In this document: positions 1 through 12,872 of the stretch, piece after piece | Numbering within the stretch: the first letter of the stretch is position 1 | Layout of the letters: each line of letters opens with the position of its first letter | Source of the DNA: an uncultured delta proteobacterium | GTDB taxonomy: Bacteria; Myxococcota; Kuafuiibacteriia; Kuafuiibacteriales; Kuafuiibacteriaceae | Direction of reading: 5' to 3' | DNA: 64,000 nucleotides | Assembly: GCA_963803435.1 (NCBI GenBank) | Contig: CAWDML010000003.1 | Coordinates: forward strand, 928,001-992,000 | Position numbers and translations under genes: made by a program | Notes under the pieces: model-generated | Told to the model about the DNA's origin: nothing | Seen by the model: only the letters and a program-made list of their open reading frames with translations | Database searches by the model: none

Positions 1-2
1 CG

Positions 3-371
3 ATCCGGGTCGCGGAGGGCGGCGCCGAGTTCGTCGACGTGGTGCCAGTGCCGTCGCTCCCCGACGCCATCGAGACGCTCGTGGGTAAGGGCTTCGAGGT
101 GGTGGCCACCACCTCGCACCGCGCCGACAGCATCTTCATCGCCGAGGTCCCGGAGCGGATCGCCTGGGTGATCGGCAGCGAGCGTGAAGGTGTCTCGGAG
201 GCCGCGGCGGCGCGCGCCACCCGCGCGGTGCGGATCCCCGGAACCGGCAAGGTGGAGAGCCTCAACGTTTCAGCGGCGACGGCCGTGCTGCTCGCCGAGT
301 CGGCGCGGCGTCGTCGCGCAGTGCGACCGCGCGGTCCGCGCAACGCGCAACGGCCGCGCCGAGGGAGATGA
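3..371 (+). CDS. TrmH/SpoU family RNA methyltransferase (5'-truncated by the window edge)
   Basis: SPOUT motifs VIGSEREG and IPGTGKVESLNVSAATAVLL; frame open from position 3. Confidence 0.9.
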   Translation: MRVAEGGAEFVDVVPVPSLPDAIETLVGKGFEVVATTSHRADSIFIAEVPERIAWVIGSEREGVSEAAAARATRAVRIPGTGKVESLNVSAATAVLLAESARRRRAVRPRGPRNAQRPRRGR

Positions 372-374
372 GCG

Positions 375-974
375 ATGGAGTTCGATCCTTCCCTGATGAG
401 TCGTCGTGACCTCTACTGGCTGACCGTCGCCTCGGTCATCCCTCGGCCGATCGGCTGGACCAGCACGCTGTCGAGCGAGGGCCGGCCGAACCTGGCCCCG
501 TTCTCCTTCTTTGGCGGCGTCGCGGCCGATCCGCCCACCGTGATGCTGAGCGTCAGCCGGCGCCGCGGCGGTACCATGAAGGACACCGCCCGCAACCTGA
601 TCGCGACCGGTGAGGCCGTCATTCACATCGCGGATCTTCCGCTGGCGGAGAAGATGGTCACCACCTCGATCGAGGCGGAGCCGGACGTCGACGAGTTCGA
701 GGTGGCCCAGCTCGCCAAGGCGACCTCCATCCGCGTGAAGCCGTTTCGGGTGGAGGCGGCCGCGATCGCGATGGAGGCACGCATGGTGCACCACCAGGAG
801 GTCGGCAACGGCCCGGTGGATCTCTTCCTCCTCGAGCTCGTGCACTTTCACGTGAAGGACGAGTACCTGACCGACGGCCTCCCGGACGCCGCCAAGCTGC
901 ACGCGGTCGCGCGCCTGGGTGGGATCGGATACTGCGCGATCGAGCGGGTGTTCGAGCTCGCCCGGCCCGGCTGA
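375..974 (+). CDS. Flavin reductase family protein (DIM6/NTAB-like)
   Basis: VIPRPIGWTST, NLAPFSFF, KDTARN and VARLGG motifs; GGAG upstream. Confidence 0.9.
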   Translation: MEFDPSLMSRRDLYWLTVASVIPRPIGWTSTLSSEGRPNLAPFSFFGGVAADPPTVMLSVSRRRGGTMKDTARNLIATGEAVIHIADLPLAEKMVTTSIEAEPDVDEFEVAQLAKATSIRVKPFRVEAAAIAMEARMVHHQEVGNGPVDLFLLELVHFHVKDEYLTDGLPDAAKLHAVARLGGIGYCAIERVFELARPG

Positions 975-1043
975 TCGGGCCATCGACCCCGCGTCATGAT
1001 TTCGCCAGCCCCCGCGGGAATGCCGGTTGCATGTGCTCCCGAG

Positions 1044-1331
1044 ATGGATCCCAAGGAAGAATACCTGGTGGAGATGCGCGAGCAGATCCGGCAGGGAGAA
1101 GACGCGCTCGCCATTCTGGATCGGGAGCGGCACGGTGATCCGGAGATCGAGCGGCTGCGCATGATGCTCGACCACGCCCGCTGGAAGCTCGATGTGATCC
1201 TCGTGGCGGACGACAGCCTCTTCGGCCAGCTGCGGATCGACTTCGACTGGACGCACGAGACGCTCACCGCAGCGTTCGACGCGAACGGAGCGAATCCACC
1301 CGACGTCGCCGCCGCGCTGCTTTACCGATGA
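1044..1331 (+). CDS. Hypothetical protein
   Basis: Short ORF with typical codon usage (MDPKEEYLVEMRE...); start uncertain (996 or 1044). Confidence 0.6.
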   Translation: MDPKEEYLVEMREQIRQGEDALAILDRERHGDPEIERLRMMLDHARWKLDVILVADDSLFGQLRIDFDWTHETLTAAFDANGANPPDVAAALLYR

Positions 1332-1732
1332 TCGCGCTCTGGCCGGCCGGCCCTGGGGAGGAGGAACGTGCGCCGCGCCGACGGTTCCGCGAGCGTGTTC
1401 GGGGAATAGAGCTGCGACAGCACCGAGCCGGATCCCCACTCGAGGAGGTCGGGGTGCATCCTCGCGAACGCTTCGAAGTCGCCGGGGTCGCCGCGCTGCA
1501 TCCGCTCGTTGATGACCGCGGCGAACGCGAACGTGATCGTCTCGTGATATTTCTCGGGATGGCCCGCCGCGCTCGCGAGCCTCGATAGCCCGTCCCTGAG
1601 CGCGATCAAGGTCTCCGGCAGCGCGCGCTCGCGGAGCAACAGATACGTCAGACGCACGTGAGTCGCGTGCATGAACCCCTCGGGATCCAGGGTGCCCTCG
1701 AGGAACCGGGTCCGCAGCGTCCGGTCATCCAT
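1322..1732 (-). CDS. Conserved hypothetical protein (F.H..H.R / KYHETIT type)
   Basis: Motifs FMHATHVRL, EKYHETITFAF and ARRTFLLP; follows the 1760..2011 gene on the same strand. Confidence 0.7.
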   Translation of the reverse strand: MDDRTLRTRFLEGTLDPEGFMHATHVRLTYLLLRERALPETLIALRDGLSRLASAAGHPEKYHETITFAFAAVINERMQRGDPGDFEAFARMHPDLLEWGSGSVLSQLYSPNTLAEPSARRTFLLPRAGRPERDHR

Positions 1733-1759
1733 GGCGTCGCACCAGCAGCCCTTGCAGCT

Positions 1760-2011
1760 TCATTTGTCCACCATCCGGTGTGAGGCTTCGGACCCGTAGT
1801 CCATGCCGTAGATCTTCTTGAGGTCCTTGATCAGCTCGAGCGACTTCTTCGAGAACGGCGTCTTTCCTTCGAACGCGTGGAGCACGATCCCCTCGAGCAG
1901 ATCGCCGAGCGTCAGATCGTGATACTCGGCGACGCCTTTCAGCACCTTCACCATGCGTTTTTCCATCCGGACGCCCGTCTGGATCCGCTCCACCTCGAGC
2001 TTCTTGGTCAT
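1760..2011 (-). CDS. Small conserved protein, probable ribbon-helix-helix-type DNA binder
   Basis: ERIQTGVRMEKRMVKVLKGVAEYHDLTLGDLLEGIVLHAF has a strand-helix-helix pattern; palindrome directly upstream. Confidence 0.7.
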   Translation of the reverse strand: MTKKLEVERIQTGVRMEKRMVKVLKGVAEYHDLTLGDLLEGIVLHAFEGKTPFSKKSLELIKDLKKIYGMDYGSEASHRMVDK

Positions 2012-2014
2012 TGT

Positions 2015-2051
2015 TATATTGGTACATACATACCAATGTAGGAGCTGTCAA
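2015..2051 (-). promoter_or_regulatory. Sigma-70-like -35 (TTGACA) plus palindromic operator upstream of the 1760..2011 gene
   Basis: TGTCAA at 2046-2051 reads TTGACA on the minus strand; inverted repeat TATATTGGTA(2015-2024)/TACCAATGTA(2031-2040), 9 of 10 matched, in an AT-rich patch. Confidence 0.6.
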
Positions 2052-2089
2052 TCCTTGCCTAGCCTGGTCCGGCGTACCATCGTCCCGCC

Positions 2090-3735
<1,646 letters not shown>

Positions 3736-3739
<4 letters not shown>

Positions 3740-5097
3740 CCGCAGCCGTCTCCCCCAGCATCGCCCGCCCGCCCGGGCCCCGCCCGATCGGGCGGAATCC
3801 GATCGCGCTCTACCGCTTCTTCCGCCAGATCTCCGCCGATCCGATCGCCTTCGTGGGCCGGCGCTTCCAGCAGTACGGTGACGTCTACTTCACCGTCTCG
3901 CGCGGCGATCAGCTGTACGTGATGCGCCACCCCGATCACATGCACGAGGTTCTGGTCACCAAGGCGGGCGCGTTCGCCAAGCGGGAGCAGGATCTCGAGC
4001 CGGTGCTCGGCCGCGGTCTGCTCACCAGCAACGGCGATCTGTGGCGGCGGCAGCGCCGCTTGATTCAACCGGCTTTCCAGAAGAACAAGGTCGAGGCCTA
4101 TGGCGAGCACATGGTCGACGCCGCCGAGCGCATGCTCTCGCGCTGGCGCTCGGGAGAGAAGCTCGATCTCTCCCAGGCCATGATGCGATTGACGCTCGAC
4201 ATCGTCGCCAAGACCCTCTTCGACCACGACGTCGCCGGCGACTCCGACACGGTCGCCAGCGCGATGACGGTGCTGCAGGACGCCGCCTCCAACGGCAACG
4301 TGATCCCGCCCTGGCTACCCACGCCCGGCAACGTCCGCGCCCGGCGGGCCCTCTCCGCGCTCGATCGGATCGTGTTCTCCCTGATCGACCGGGCCGAGGG
4401 CGCGAGCCTCCGTGAGGACCTCCTCGCCCGTCTGTCGCGCGCCACCGACGCCGAGGGCGGCATGGAGCGGAAGCAGCTCCGCGACGAGCTGGTGACGCTG
4501 TTCCTCGCCGGCCACGAGACCACCTCGCTGGCGCTCACCTGGACGTTCTCACTGCTCTCGAGCAGCCCGGATCAGCGAGCGCGGCTCCACGAAGAGATCG
4601 ATCGGGTGCTGGGCGGCCGGCGTCCGACGGCGGCGGATCTGGAGTCGATGCCGTTCACCGCCAAGGTGGTGGACGAGGCGCTGCGGCTCTATCCGCCTGC
4701 GTACGTGCTGCCGCGGGTCTGTGTCGAAGACACCGAGGTCGGTGGCTTTCGGATTCCGGCCGGCGCCGAGCTCGTGCTCTGGGTCTATCACTGCCACCAC
4801 GATCCGCGCTGGTTCGTGGAGCCCGAGCGGTTCGATCCCGATCGCTTCGACGACGGCACTGATCGCGTCCGTCATCCGCACGCCTATCTCCCCTTCGGTG
4901 CCGGCTCGCGCACCTGCATCGGAAAGACGTTCGCCACGCTGGAGGCGCGGATCCTCCTGGTCTCGATCGCGCAGCGCTTCTCGATTGACGTCGATCCGGG
5001 CTGGCGCATCGGGCTCCGCCCCCGCGTGACGCTGGCGCCCAAGGGCGGCCTACCGGTGACGCTCACCGAACGGAGAGGCGCCGCATCATCTGCTTGA
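3736..5097 (+). CDS. Cytochrome P450
   Basis: I-helix LAGHETT, ExxR (EALRLYPP), PERFDPDRF and heme motif PFGAGSRTCIG; ATGA overlap with gpmI. Confidence 0.95.
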
Positions 5098-6217
5098 CCT
5101 TGCCGGTGACGCCGTAGCGATCGAGGACCCGCTTGGCCGCCTGCGCCGCCGCGTCCGAGAGCCGATACACGCCGGTAGCGAGGAGCGGATAGATCGAGGG
5201 CCGGATCAGGAACACCTGACCGGCGAGGTACGTCGAGTTGCCGAAGGCGGCCTTCTGCTCGCCGTGCGCGCCGAACTCGAAGATGTGCGGCGTGTCGTGC
5301 GCGTACATGTCCTCGATGACCATGATGTGGAGGACCGTCCCCGGCGAGTGCTGGCGGAGCTCCTGGTCGTACGCGGTCTCGACGTACAGATAGACCCCGC
5401 GGTACTGCCAACCGTGCATGAACGCGATCGGCGTGTCGCCGAGGTGCAGGACGTAGCCGCGGAGCCACCCCTGGGCGGCGGCCTCGCGACACTGCGCCAG
5501 GAAGGCGGCCTCGTCCTGGATGCCCTGGCCGAGCAGGTGATACTGGTACGAGCGCTTCGAGATCGCGGCGGCGTCCGCCGTGTAGCGATCGAGACCGTCC
5601 GTCGAGTCGTAGCGGAGCAGGGTCAGCGGCTTCCCGGTGTCCTTGGCGAGCTTCTTGACCTTTCGGCGCATGGTGCTCTTGGTCTTCGACGAGAACTGCT
5701 CCCAGTACTTGTCGAGCGTCGCGGGGAAGCGGATCTGGTGGTGCTCCATCGTCCCTTGCGGGCGGTACTCGCGGAAACGGCGTGAGAGCGTGGCGCTGGT
5801 GGCGAGATAGGTGGCGAGGAAGGAACCCTCCGTGACGATCTCGAGATAGATGACGTCGAAGTCGAGCCCCTCAGTTTCGGCGAGGTATTGGAAGAGCTGG
5901 TCGTAGACGGCGTGCGAGGACGGTGCGATCGGCTCGCCGAGCACGCAGAGCCGCGTGAGCGGCAGTGTGACCGCCTTGAGCTCGCCGGCCCGGACGTAGA
6001 GCGGCCAGCGCTTGATGACGAACGTCGACAGTCCAACCGGCAGGTCGCCCTCGTAGAGGAGGAGACCGTAGGTCTGGTCGAGGCGATCCCGGAACTCGAC
6101 GCGAAGCCAGTCGGGGTCATGGAACATCCCGGGGTGCTCGGCGTCGCGGAGGAACGCACGCCAGTCGCGCTCGAACGTCGGATCGAGGTCCGAGAGGCGG
6201 TTCGAGACCAAGCGCAC
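5063..6217 (-). CDS. GNAT family acetyltransferase (CelD/BcsL-like)
   Basis: C-terminal LRGYVLHLGDTPIAF...YVETAYDQELRQHSPGTVL...FEFG..GEQKAAFG; GTG start chosen by eye. Confidence 0.8.
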   Translation of the reverse strand: MRLVSNRLSDLDPTFERDWRAFLRDAEHPGMFHDPDWLRVEFRDRLDQTYGLLLYEGDLPVGLSTFVIKRWPLYVRAGELKAVTLPLTRLCVLGEPIAPSSHAVYDQLFQYLAETEGLDFDVIYLEIVTEGSFLATYLATSATLSRRFREYRPQGTMEHHQIRFPATLDKYWEQFSSKTKSTMRRKVKKLAKDTGKPLTLLRYDSTDGLDRYTADAAAISKRSYQYHLLGQGIQDEAAFLAQCREAAAQGWLRGYVLHLGDTPIAFMHGWQYRGVYLYVETAYDQELRQHSPGTVLHIMVIEDMYAHDTPHIFEFGAHGEQKAAFGNSTYLAGQVFLIRPSIYPLLATGVYRLSDAAAQAAKRVLDRYGVTGKVKQMMRRLSVR

Positions 6218-6332
6218 CGCCGCGCCTATACCACGGATCGGTCGCTTCGGCGCAACCCGTGCCCTGCGTCGGTGAAGCGACACGCCTGCAGAGAGTCCGA
6301 CGCTTCCCGCGCCGAAGGCCGGTGGGTGGGCG

Positions 6333-6348
6333 TGGCATGCGCGTTGCG
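6333..6348 (+). promoter_or_regulatory. Candidate sigma-54 (-24/-12) promoter of the AurF-like gene
   Basis: TGGCATGCGCGTTGCG = GG-N10-GC with TGGCA and TTGC, ending 14 nt before ATG 6362. Confidence 0.5.
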
Positions 6349-6361
6349 TTGCGCCGGTCGC

Positions 6362-7366
6362 ATGAAGCGCAACGAGCCATACCGTGACCTCCTCGATCGA
6401 CTCTCCCGGCGCTCCGTCGAGAAGGGCTTCGATGCCTACGCGGACGTCGACTGGGACGCGCCCGAGAGCAAGATCGAAAAGGACGACCCCCGGTTCATCC
6501 TCGATCCCACCGAGAGCCTGGGCGCGACCGATTGGTACCGGAGCTTGCCGCCCGAAGTGCAGGCCGAGCTCGGGCTGAGCCTGGTCGTCCAGCAGATGAA
6601 GAGCGGCTGGCTCTTCGAGAACGTGCTCTCGCGCGGGCTCCTCGAGCTCGCGTCGATCCAGCCCGACCACTCACCCGCGTTCCGCTACGCGTATCACGAG
6701 GTGATCGAGGAGTCGCAGCATACGCTGATGTTCCAGGAGTTCATCAACCGCGCCGGCGTTCAGGTGCCCGGGCTCAGCGGCATTCACGCGATCGGCGCGC
6801 GGTGGGTCCCGAACCTCGGGCGGACCTTCCCCGAGCTCTTCTTCATCTTCGTCCTCGGCGGTGAGGGTCCGATCGATCACGTCCAGCGCCGCGAGCTCGC
6901 CAAGTCCAGGCCGCAGCATCCGCTCCTCGAGCGCATCATGCGGATCCACGTGACGGAGGAGGCGCGCCACATCTGCTTTGCCAAGAGCTTCCTACGTGAG
7001 CACGTGCCGGCCCTCTCCGCCTGGAAGATGCTCCAGCTCCAGATCCGCACGCCGCTCATCCTCTGGCAGATGGCGACCTTGATGCTGGAGCCGCCGCGCG
7101 TGCTGGTGAAGCGGTACCGGATCCCGCGCGCAGTGATCCGCGAGGCCTACCGCGAGAGCGTCCAGCAGCGGCTCGCCCTCCTCGACAGCCTGGCCGACAT
7201 CCGGGAGCTCTGTGCTGAGCTCCGGATCGCGACCCCGGCGAACGCCTGGGTCTGGCAGCGTCTCGGCATCTGGCCCGGCCGCGCCGAGCGGGCAGCGGGT
7301 GCGCTGCAGGCTGCAGCCGCCGGACTGCACCCCCCGCGGGATCTGGAGAGCAAGTACGCGGAATGA
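6362..7366 (+). CDS. AurF-family diiron oxygenase (N-oxygenase-like)
   Basis: Diiron ligand motifs [21 protein letters not shown] and [10 protein letters not shown]; N-terminal DVDWD. Confidence 0.88.
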   Translation: MKRNEPYRDLLDRLSRRSVEKGFDAYADVDWDAPESKIEKDDPRFILDPTESLGATDWYRSLPPEVQAELGLSLVVQQMKSGWLFENVLSRGLLELASIQPDHSPAFRYAYHEVIEESQHTLMFQEFINRAGVQVPGLSGIHAIGARWVPNLGRTFPELFFIFVLGGEGPIDHVQRRELAKSRPQHPLLERIMRIHVTEEARHICFAKSFLREHVPALSAWKMLQLQIRTPLILWQMATLMLEPPRVLVKRYRIPRAVIREAYRESVQQRLALLDSLADIRELCAELRIATPANAWVWQRLGIWPGRAERAAGALQAAAAGLHPPRDLESKYAE

Positions 7367-7381
7367 CAGGTGTCTTGAAAA

Positions 7382-7397
7382 GGGCATGCATGTTGCT
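7382..7397 (+). promoter_or_regulatory. Candidate sigma-54 promoter of the kinase/activator/PspA-like operon
   Basis: GGGCATGCATGTTGCT = GG-N10-GC in the 58-nt intergenic gap. Confidence 0.5.
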
Positions 7398-7424
7398 CTT
7401 TCCCCGCTCCGAAGGCCGCATAGA

Positions 7425-8468
7425 ATGCTCACGCTCTCGGAGACCCAGCCCCCGCCGCCGCGAAAGATGATGAGCCTCTTTCAGAAGAAGGAGCTGCCTC
7501 CGCCTCCGACGCCCGAACAGATCGCCTACCGCGAGGCGAGGAAGGCCGCCAACCGGCGGGTCGCGTTCTTCGGCCATCTGGTCGCGTGGGCGTTCACGAA
7601 CCTCTTCCTCCTGATGGTCGCGGGCTTCGAGCCGGCCGCGATCGTCGCGATGGCCTGGGGCATCGGGCTCGCCATCCAGGGCTTCTATGCGATCTTCGCG
7701 CCCGATCTCCGCAAGCGCTGGATCGACGTCGAGATGCAGCACCTGTTGCAAGGTGCCGTGCGCACCGAACGGCGCGCCCTCCAGGATCGACATTCGCGCA
7801 CGCTCGAGGAGCTCTCCGCCTCCATCGCCCACGAGATCCGGAACCCGATCACGGCCGCCAAGAGCCTGGTCCAGCAGATGGGCGAGGATCCCGCGTCGGA
7901 CGAGAACATCGAGTACGCGAAGATCGCGATCGAGGAGCTCGACCGGGTGGAGCGCTCGATCTCGCACCTCTTGCGATACGCGCGGGATGAAGAGGTCCGG
8001 ATCGAGGAGATCGAGATCGCAGGACGTGGTCGAGTCGGCGCTGGAGACGTTTCGCGACCGCATCGACAAGAGCAAGGTCGAGGTCGAGACCGACTTCGCC
8101 GGCGACGGTCGGATGCGCGGCGATCCCGAGAAGCTCCGCCGAGTGGTGATCAACCTGGTCGGGAACGCGCTCGACGCGCTGGACGCGCTGGGCGTGGGAG
8201 GTATCATCCGCCTCTCCACCGGGAAGAATCTCGCCGGCAGCGAGCTGTGGATCAAGGTGAAGGACGACGGCCCCGGGATCGATCCGGTCCGGCTTCCCAA
8301 GATCTTCTCTCCGTTCTACACCTCCAAGGACTCGGGCACCGGCCTCGGGCTCGCCATCTCGAAGAAGCTGGTCGAGGCCCACGGTGGATCCATCGAGGTC
8401 CAATCGGAGCTGGGCGTGGGGACGGAATTCGTGTTGACGTTCCCGCTGGTGAAGAACGAGGTGAAGCC

Positions 8469-8472
<4 letters not shown>
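7425..8472 (+). CDS. Sensor histidine kinase with N-terminal 2TM domain (one +1 frameshift near 8019)
   Basis: H-box [10 protein letters not shown] in one frame; N box [26 protein letters not shown] and GTGLGLAI in the frame ending at 8472. Confidence 0.88.
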
Positions 8473-9858
<1,386 letters not shown>

Positions 9859-9860
9859 CC

Positions 9861-10493
9861 ATGATGAGCCTCATCTCTCGTTTGTCCTGCCTGATTCCCA
9901 AGAGGGACGAGGCGCCAGAGGTGGCCTTCAATCGGGTGATCGGCGAGCGGCAGCGCCGCTACTACGAGCTCAAGATGGCGATCGCGAAGATCCTCTTCCT
10001 GCGCAACAAGCTCGAGGCGGATCTCCGCGAGCGTCGCGCCGAGGTGGCCCGCGTCCATCACGAGGCCCGCAGCGCCACACGTATCGGACAGGATCGGCGG
10101 GCGCTGGCGCTCCTCGAGCGCATGAATCACCTCAAGGGTCGGCTCGCCGACGCCGAGGCGCAGGTCGAGGAGATCAAGACCGAGGCCGCGCTCGTCACCC
10201 GCGATCTGGCCCGCATCAGCGAGTCGATCCGCGATCTCGAGCGCGAGAAGCGCGAGACGCTGGCGAAGCTCACCAGCGCGGACGTCCGCAAGCGGCTCCG
10301 AAAGCTCCTCTCCGAGGCCAACGAAGAGCGCGACAATCAGCGGCTCGAGAAGGTCCGCGCGATGGTGGCCCGCGCCTCCGCCGAAGCCTCGCTCGATCGC
10401 GAGCTCGGCGACGACTCGAGCCTGCTGGCGTTGGCCGATCCCTCCGCGCGGATCGAGCTGGCCCGCCTCAAGGCCCGCCTCCTCCCGGCGTGA
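9861..10493 (+). CDS. PspA/IM30-like coiled-coil protein
   Basis: About 210 aa, all helical; G.D..AL.LL motif and C-terminal ELARLK; starts 2 nt after the regulator stop. Confidence 0.7.
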   Translation: MMSLISRLSCLIPKRDEAPEVAFNRVIGERQRRYYELKMAIAKILFLRNKLEADLRERRAEVARVHHEARSATRIGQDRRALALLERMNHLKGRLADAEAQVEEIKTEAALVTRDLARISESIRDLEREKRETLAKLTSADVRKRLRKLLSEANEERDNQRLEKVRAMVARASAEASLDRELGDDSSLLALADPSARIELARLKARLLPA

Positions 10494-10494
10494 G

Positions 10495-11253
10495 TCACAA
10501 GCAGAGGCCGTAGCCCTCGATGCCGACGTCGGTGCAGGTGCCGGCCGAGCACGCGGGCGCGGCGACGTCGCACGGCTCGTAGCAGTCCGTACCGATCGGG
10601 TTGCCGTCGGCGTCCGAGAGGGTCACGCAGACGCCGCCCTTCGCGCACTGCTCGGTGCTGCAGTCGCCGCCGATCGGGACACTGCCGGCAGGCGCGCAGA
10701 CGTTGGCGTTGGCGCTGACCAGGGCGCAGGTCTCGTCGGCGGCACATCGATCATCGAGGGGATCGCAGGCCCGGCCGCCGAAGCAGATGCCGTAGTTCAT
10801 GGTGACCGAATCGTCGGGTCGGATCAGGGCCGAGCAGAGGAACGTCTCTTCGGCCGAATCGAGCGCGTCGCAACGCGTCGGATCGCCGGGCTCGCAGGCC
10901 TGGTAGCAGATCTCGCCGTCACCGATGTTGATGCACACCAGGCCGGGGGCGCAGTCCTGCTGGAGGGCGGAGCAGCCCTGGCCGAGCTCGTGGGGCGCGT
11001 CGCCGAGGCAACGGCAGGCCCCGTGATCCTCGGTGAAGTCGAAGACGCAGTAACGGCTGGTGACGACGTCGCAGCCGGTGCCCCGGGTGGGATCGCAGGC
11101 GGTGACGTTGACGCCCGTGTCTGCGGTGGAGGGCGTGTCGAAGCAGCCGTCCGGGCCTTTCCCGGAGTCGGGGGTGCCACCGTCGGGCGGGGTGTCGTCG
11201 CCGCCCCCGGGACAGGCGGCCAGGGAGAGGGCGGCGAGGAGGAGGAGGCGCAC
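10495..11253 (-). CDS. Cysteine-rich lipoprotein (myxobacterial type)
   Basis: Signal VRLLLLAALSLAAC (lipobox); repeated CDP...C...C modules. Confidence 0.8.
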   Translation of the reverse strand: MRLLLLAALSLAACPGGGDDTPPDGGTPDSGKGPDGCFDTPSTADTGVNVTACDPTRGTGCDVVTSRYCVFDFTEDHGACRCLGDAPHELGQGCSALQQDCAPGLVCINIGDGEICYQACEPGDPTRCDALDSAEETFLCSALIRPDDSVTMNYGICFGGRACDPLDDRCAADETCALVSANANVCAPAGSVPIGGDCSTEQCAKGGVCVTLSDADGNPIGTDCYEPCDVAAPACSAGTCTDVGIEGYGLCL

Positions 11254-11315
11254 GACGCAATCTTCTACCAGCCGGCTTGCCGGTTGCGTGCGGTTTTTCG
11301 GACAATGGCGCCCCT

Positions 11316-11927
11316 GTGACCACGACCACACGCGAAAACCTCCTTCACGCGGCGACCCGGCTCATGCTGGAGCGAGGCTACAACGGGACCACGGTCGACG
11401 AGATCTGCAGCGCCGCCGGCACGACCAAAGGCGCTTTCTTCCACCACTTCAAGACGAAGGACGATCTCGGGCTGGCCACGCTCGACCGATACGCGGAGCG
11501 CATCTTCGCGGTGATGCGCGAAGGCGCGGACCGTCGCCCCCACGATCCGCTCGGCCGCGTGTTCGACTACGTGGAGACGCTCGGCGATCTCAGCCACGAG
11601 ACCGACCGAAAGCCCGCCTGCCTGCTCGCGATCGAGACGCTCGAGCTGGGCGCGGTGCACCCGGAGTTTCGCGCGCGCTGTGAGGGGCACTTCGAGACCT
11701 GGGCGCGCTACCTCGAGGACTTGCTCGAGGACGCGATCGCGTCAGCCTCACGTCCCGTTCCGGTGACAGCCCGCGAGCTTGCTGATCACCTGATCAGCGT
11801 CTTCGAGGGCGCGCTCCTGCTCGCGCGCGCACAGGCGGATGCCGCGGTGATCGGCCGGAGCCTCGCGCATTACCAGAGCTACCTTCGGATGATCCTCGGG
11901 GTCGCTACTGGGGAGCATGTATCCTGA
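11316..11927 (+). CDS. TetR/AcrR family transcriptional regulator (NemR-like)
   Basis: GYNGTTVDEICSAAGTTKGAFFHHFKTKDDL helix-turn-helix. Confidence 0.92.
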   Translation: MTTTTRENLLHAATRLMLERGYNGTTVDEICSAAGTTKGAFFHHFKTKDDLGLATLDRYAERIFAVMREGADRRPHDPLGRVFDYVETLGDLSHETDRKPACLLAIETLELGAVHPEFRARCEGHFETWARYLEDLLEDAIASASRPVPVTARELADHLISVFEGALLLARAQADAAVIGRSLAHYQSYLRMILGVATGEHVS

Positions 11928-12828
11928 ACCGAGCCAGCACGGGGCGGTGATCGGACACGAGCGCCTGGTACGCGGGCACGCTCTCGTCGAGGTGGAGCAC
12001 CTCGGTGGTCCCGTCGCCATACTCGTAGAGCGCGTCGGTGGTCACCAGGATGTGATCGATCAGCCCCGGGAACGGGATGTACGAGACGTCGTGGTTCATG
12101 GCGACGGGCGTGGTGAGGAAGTAGTAGAGCTCGGGTTGGTCGAGGTACACCTGGAACACGTTGTCGCCGGGCGCGTCGTCGATCGCGTCGTTGAAGTCGC
12201 CGACCACCACGAAATCCTTCTCGCTGCCCGACGCCATCCTTGACCGGATCCAGGCGTCGAGGGCCTCGTTGGCGGCGCGCCGCCGCTCGCGGCTGTCCGT
12301 ATCGACCTGCGCCTTGAGGTGCACGACCACCATCACGAAGTCGAACAGATCCCCGGCCGTCGAGGTGACGGTCACGCTCGCCTTCAGCGGCGGGCGAGGG
12401 AACGCATAGCCGTCACGGTCGAAGAGCGCCTCCACGTCGGTGACCGCCACCCGTTCCGGCCGATAGAGGAGGCCGACGCGCAGGAAGTTTCCCGGGTCGT
12501 CCACCTGGATGCCCACGTAGCCCGGAAGCTGGGCGGCGAAGCGCGTGAAGTCGGCCGGCACGGCGATCTCTTCCACACCGATCAGGTCGGGGGCCACCGA
12601 GAGCAGGATGTCGTGCACACGATTCGCGGTGGTGGCGGTCTTGGGAAAGTTCTCGAGGTTCCACGTCGCGATCGCGACCTCTCCGCTCAGCGGACCGTCG
12701 ATGTCGACGCCGGTGTCGCGCACGCCCGCGTCGTCCTCGTTCCCCGCGGCATCGTTCGGTCCGGCGTCCGGAACCCCCGACCGTGCACAGGCGTACGCGA
12801 GGAGCAGCAGCGGAGCGGCCTTGCGCAT
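11905..12828 (-). CDS. Exported endonuclease/exonuclease/phosphatase (EEP) family protein
   Basis: IATWNLENF, DLIGVEEI, VVHLKA, GDFND, IDHIL and SDHRPV motifs; lipoprotein-like N-terminus. Confidence 0.9.
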   Translation of the reverse strand: MRKAAPLLLLAYACARSGVPDAGPNDAAGNEDDAGVRDTGVDIDGPLSGEVAIATWNLENFPKTATTANRVHDILLSVAPDLIGVEEIAVPADFTRFAAQLPGYVGIQVDDPGNFLRVGLLYRPERVAVTDVEALFDRDGYAFPRPPLKASVTVTSTAGDLFDFVMVVVHLKAQVDTDSRERRRAANEALDAWIRSRMASGSEKDFVVVGDFNDAIDDAPGDNVFQVYLDQPELYYFLTTPVAMNHDVSYIPFPGLIDHILVTTDALYEYGDGTTEVLHLDESVPAYQALVSDHRPVLARFRIHAPQ

Positions 12829-12872
12829 CGGTGAGGAGTGGTTATCACCGGCGGAGGTCGCTTGACCGTCGG

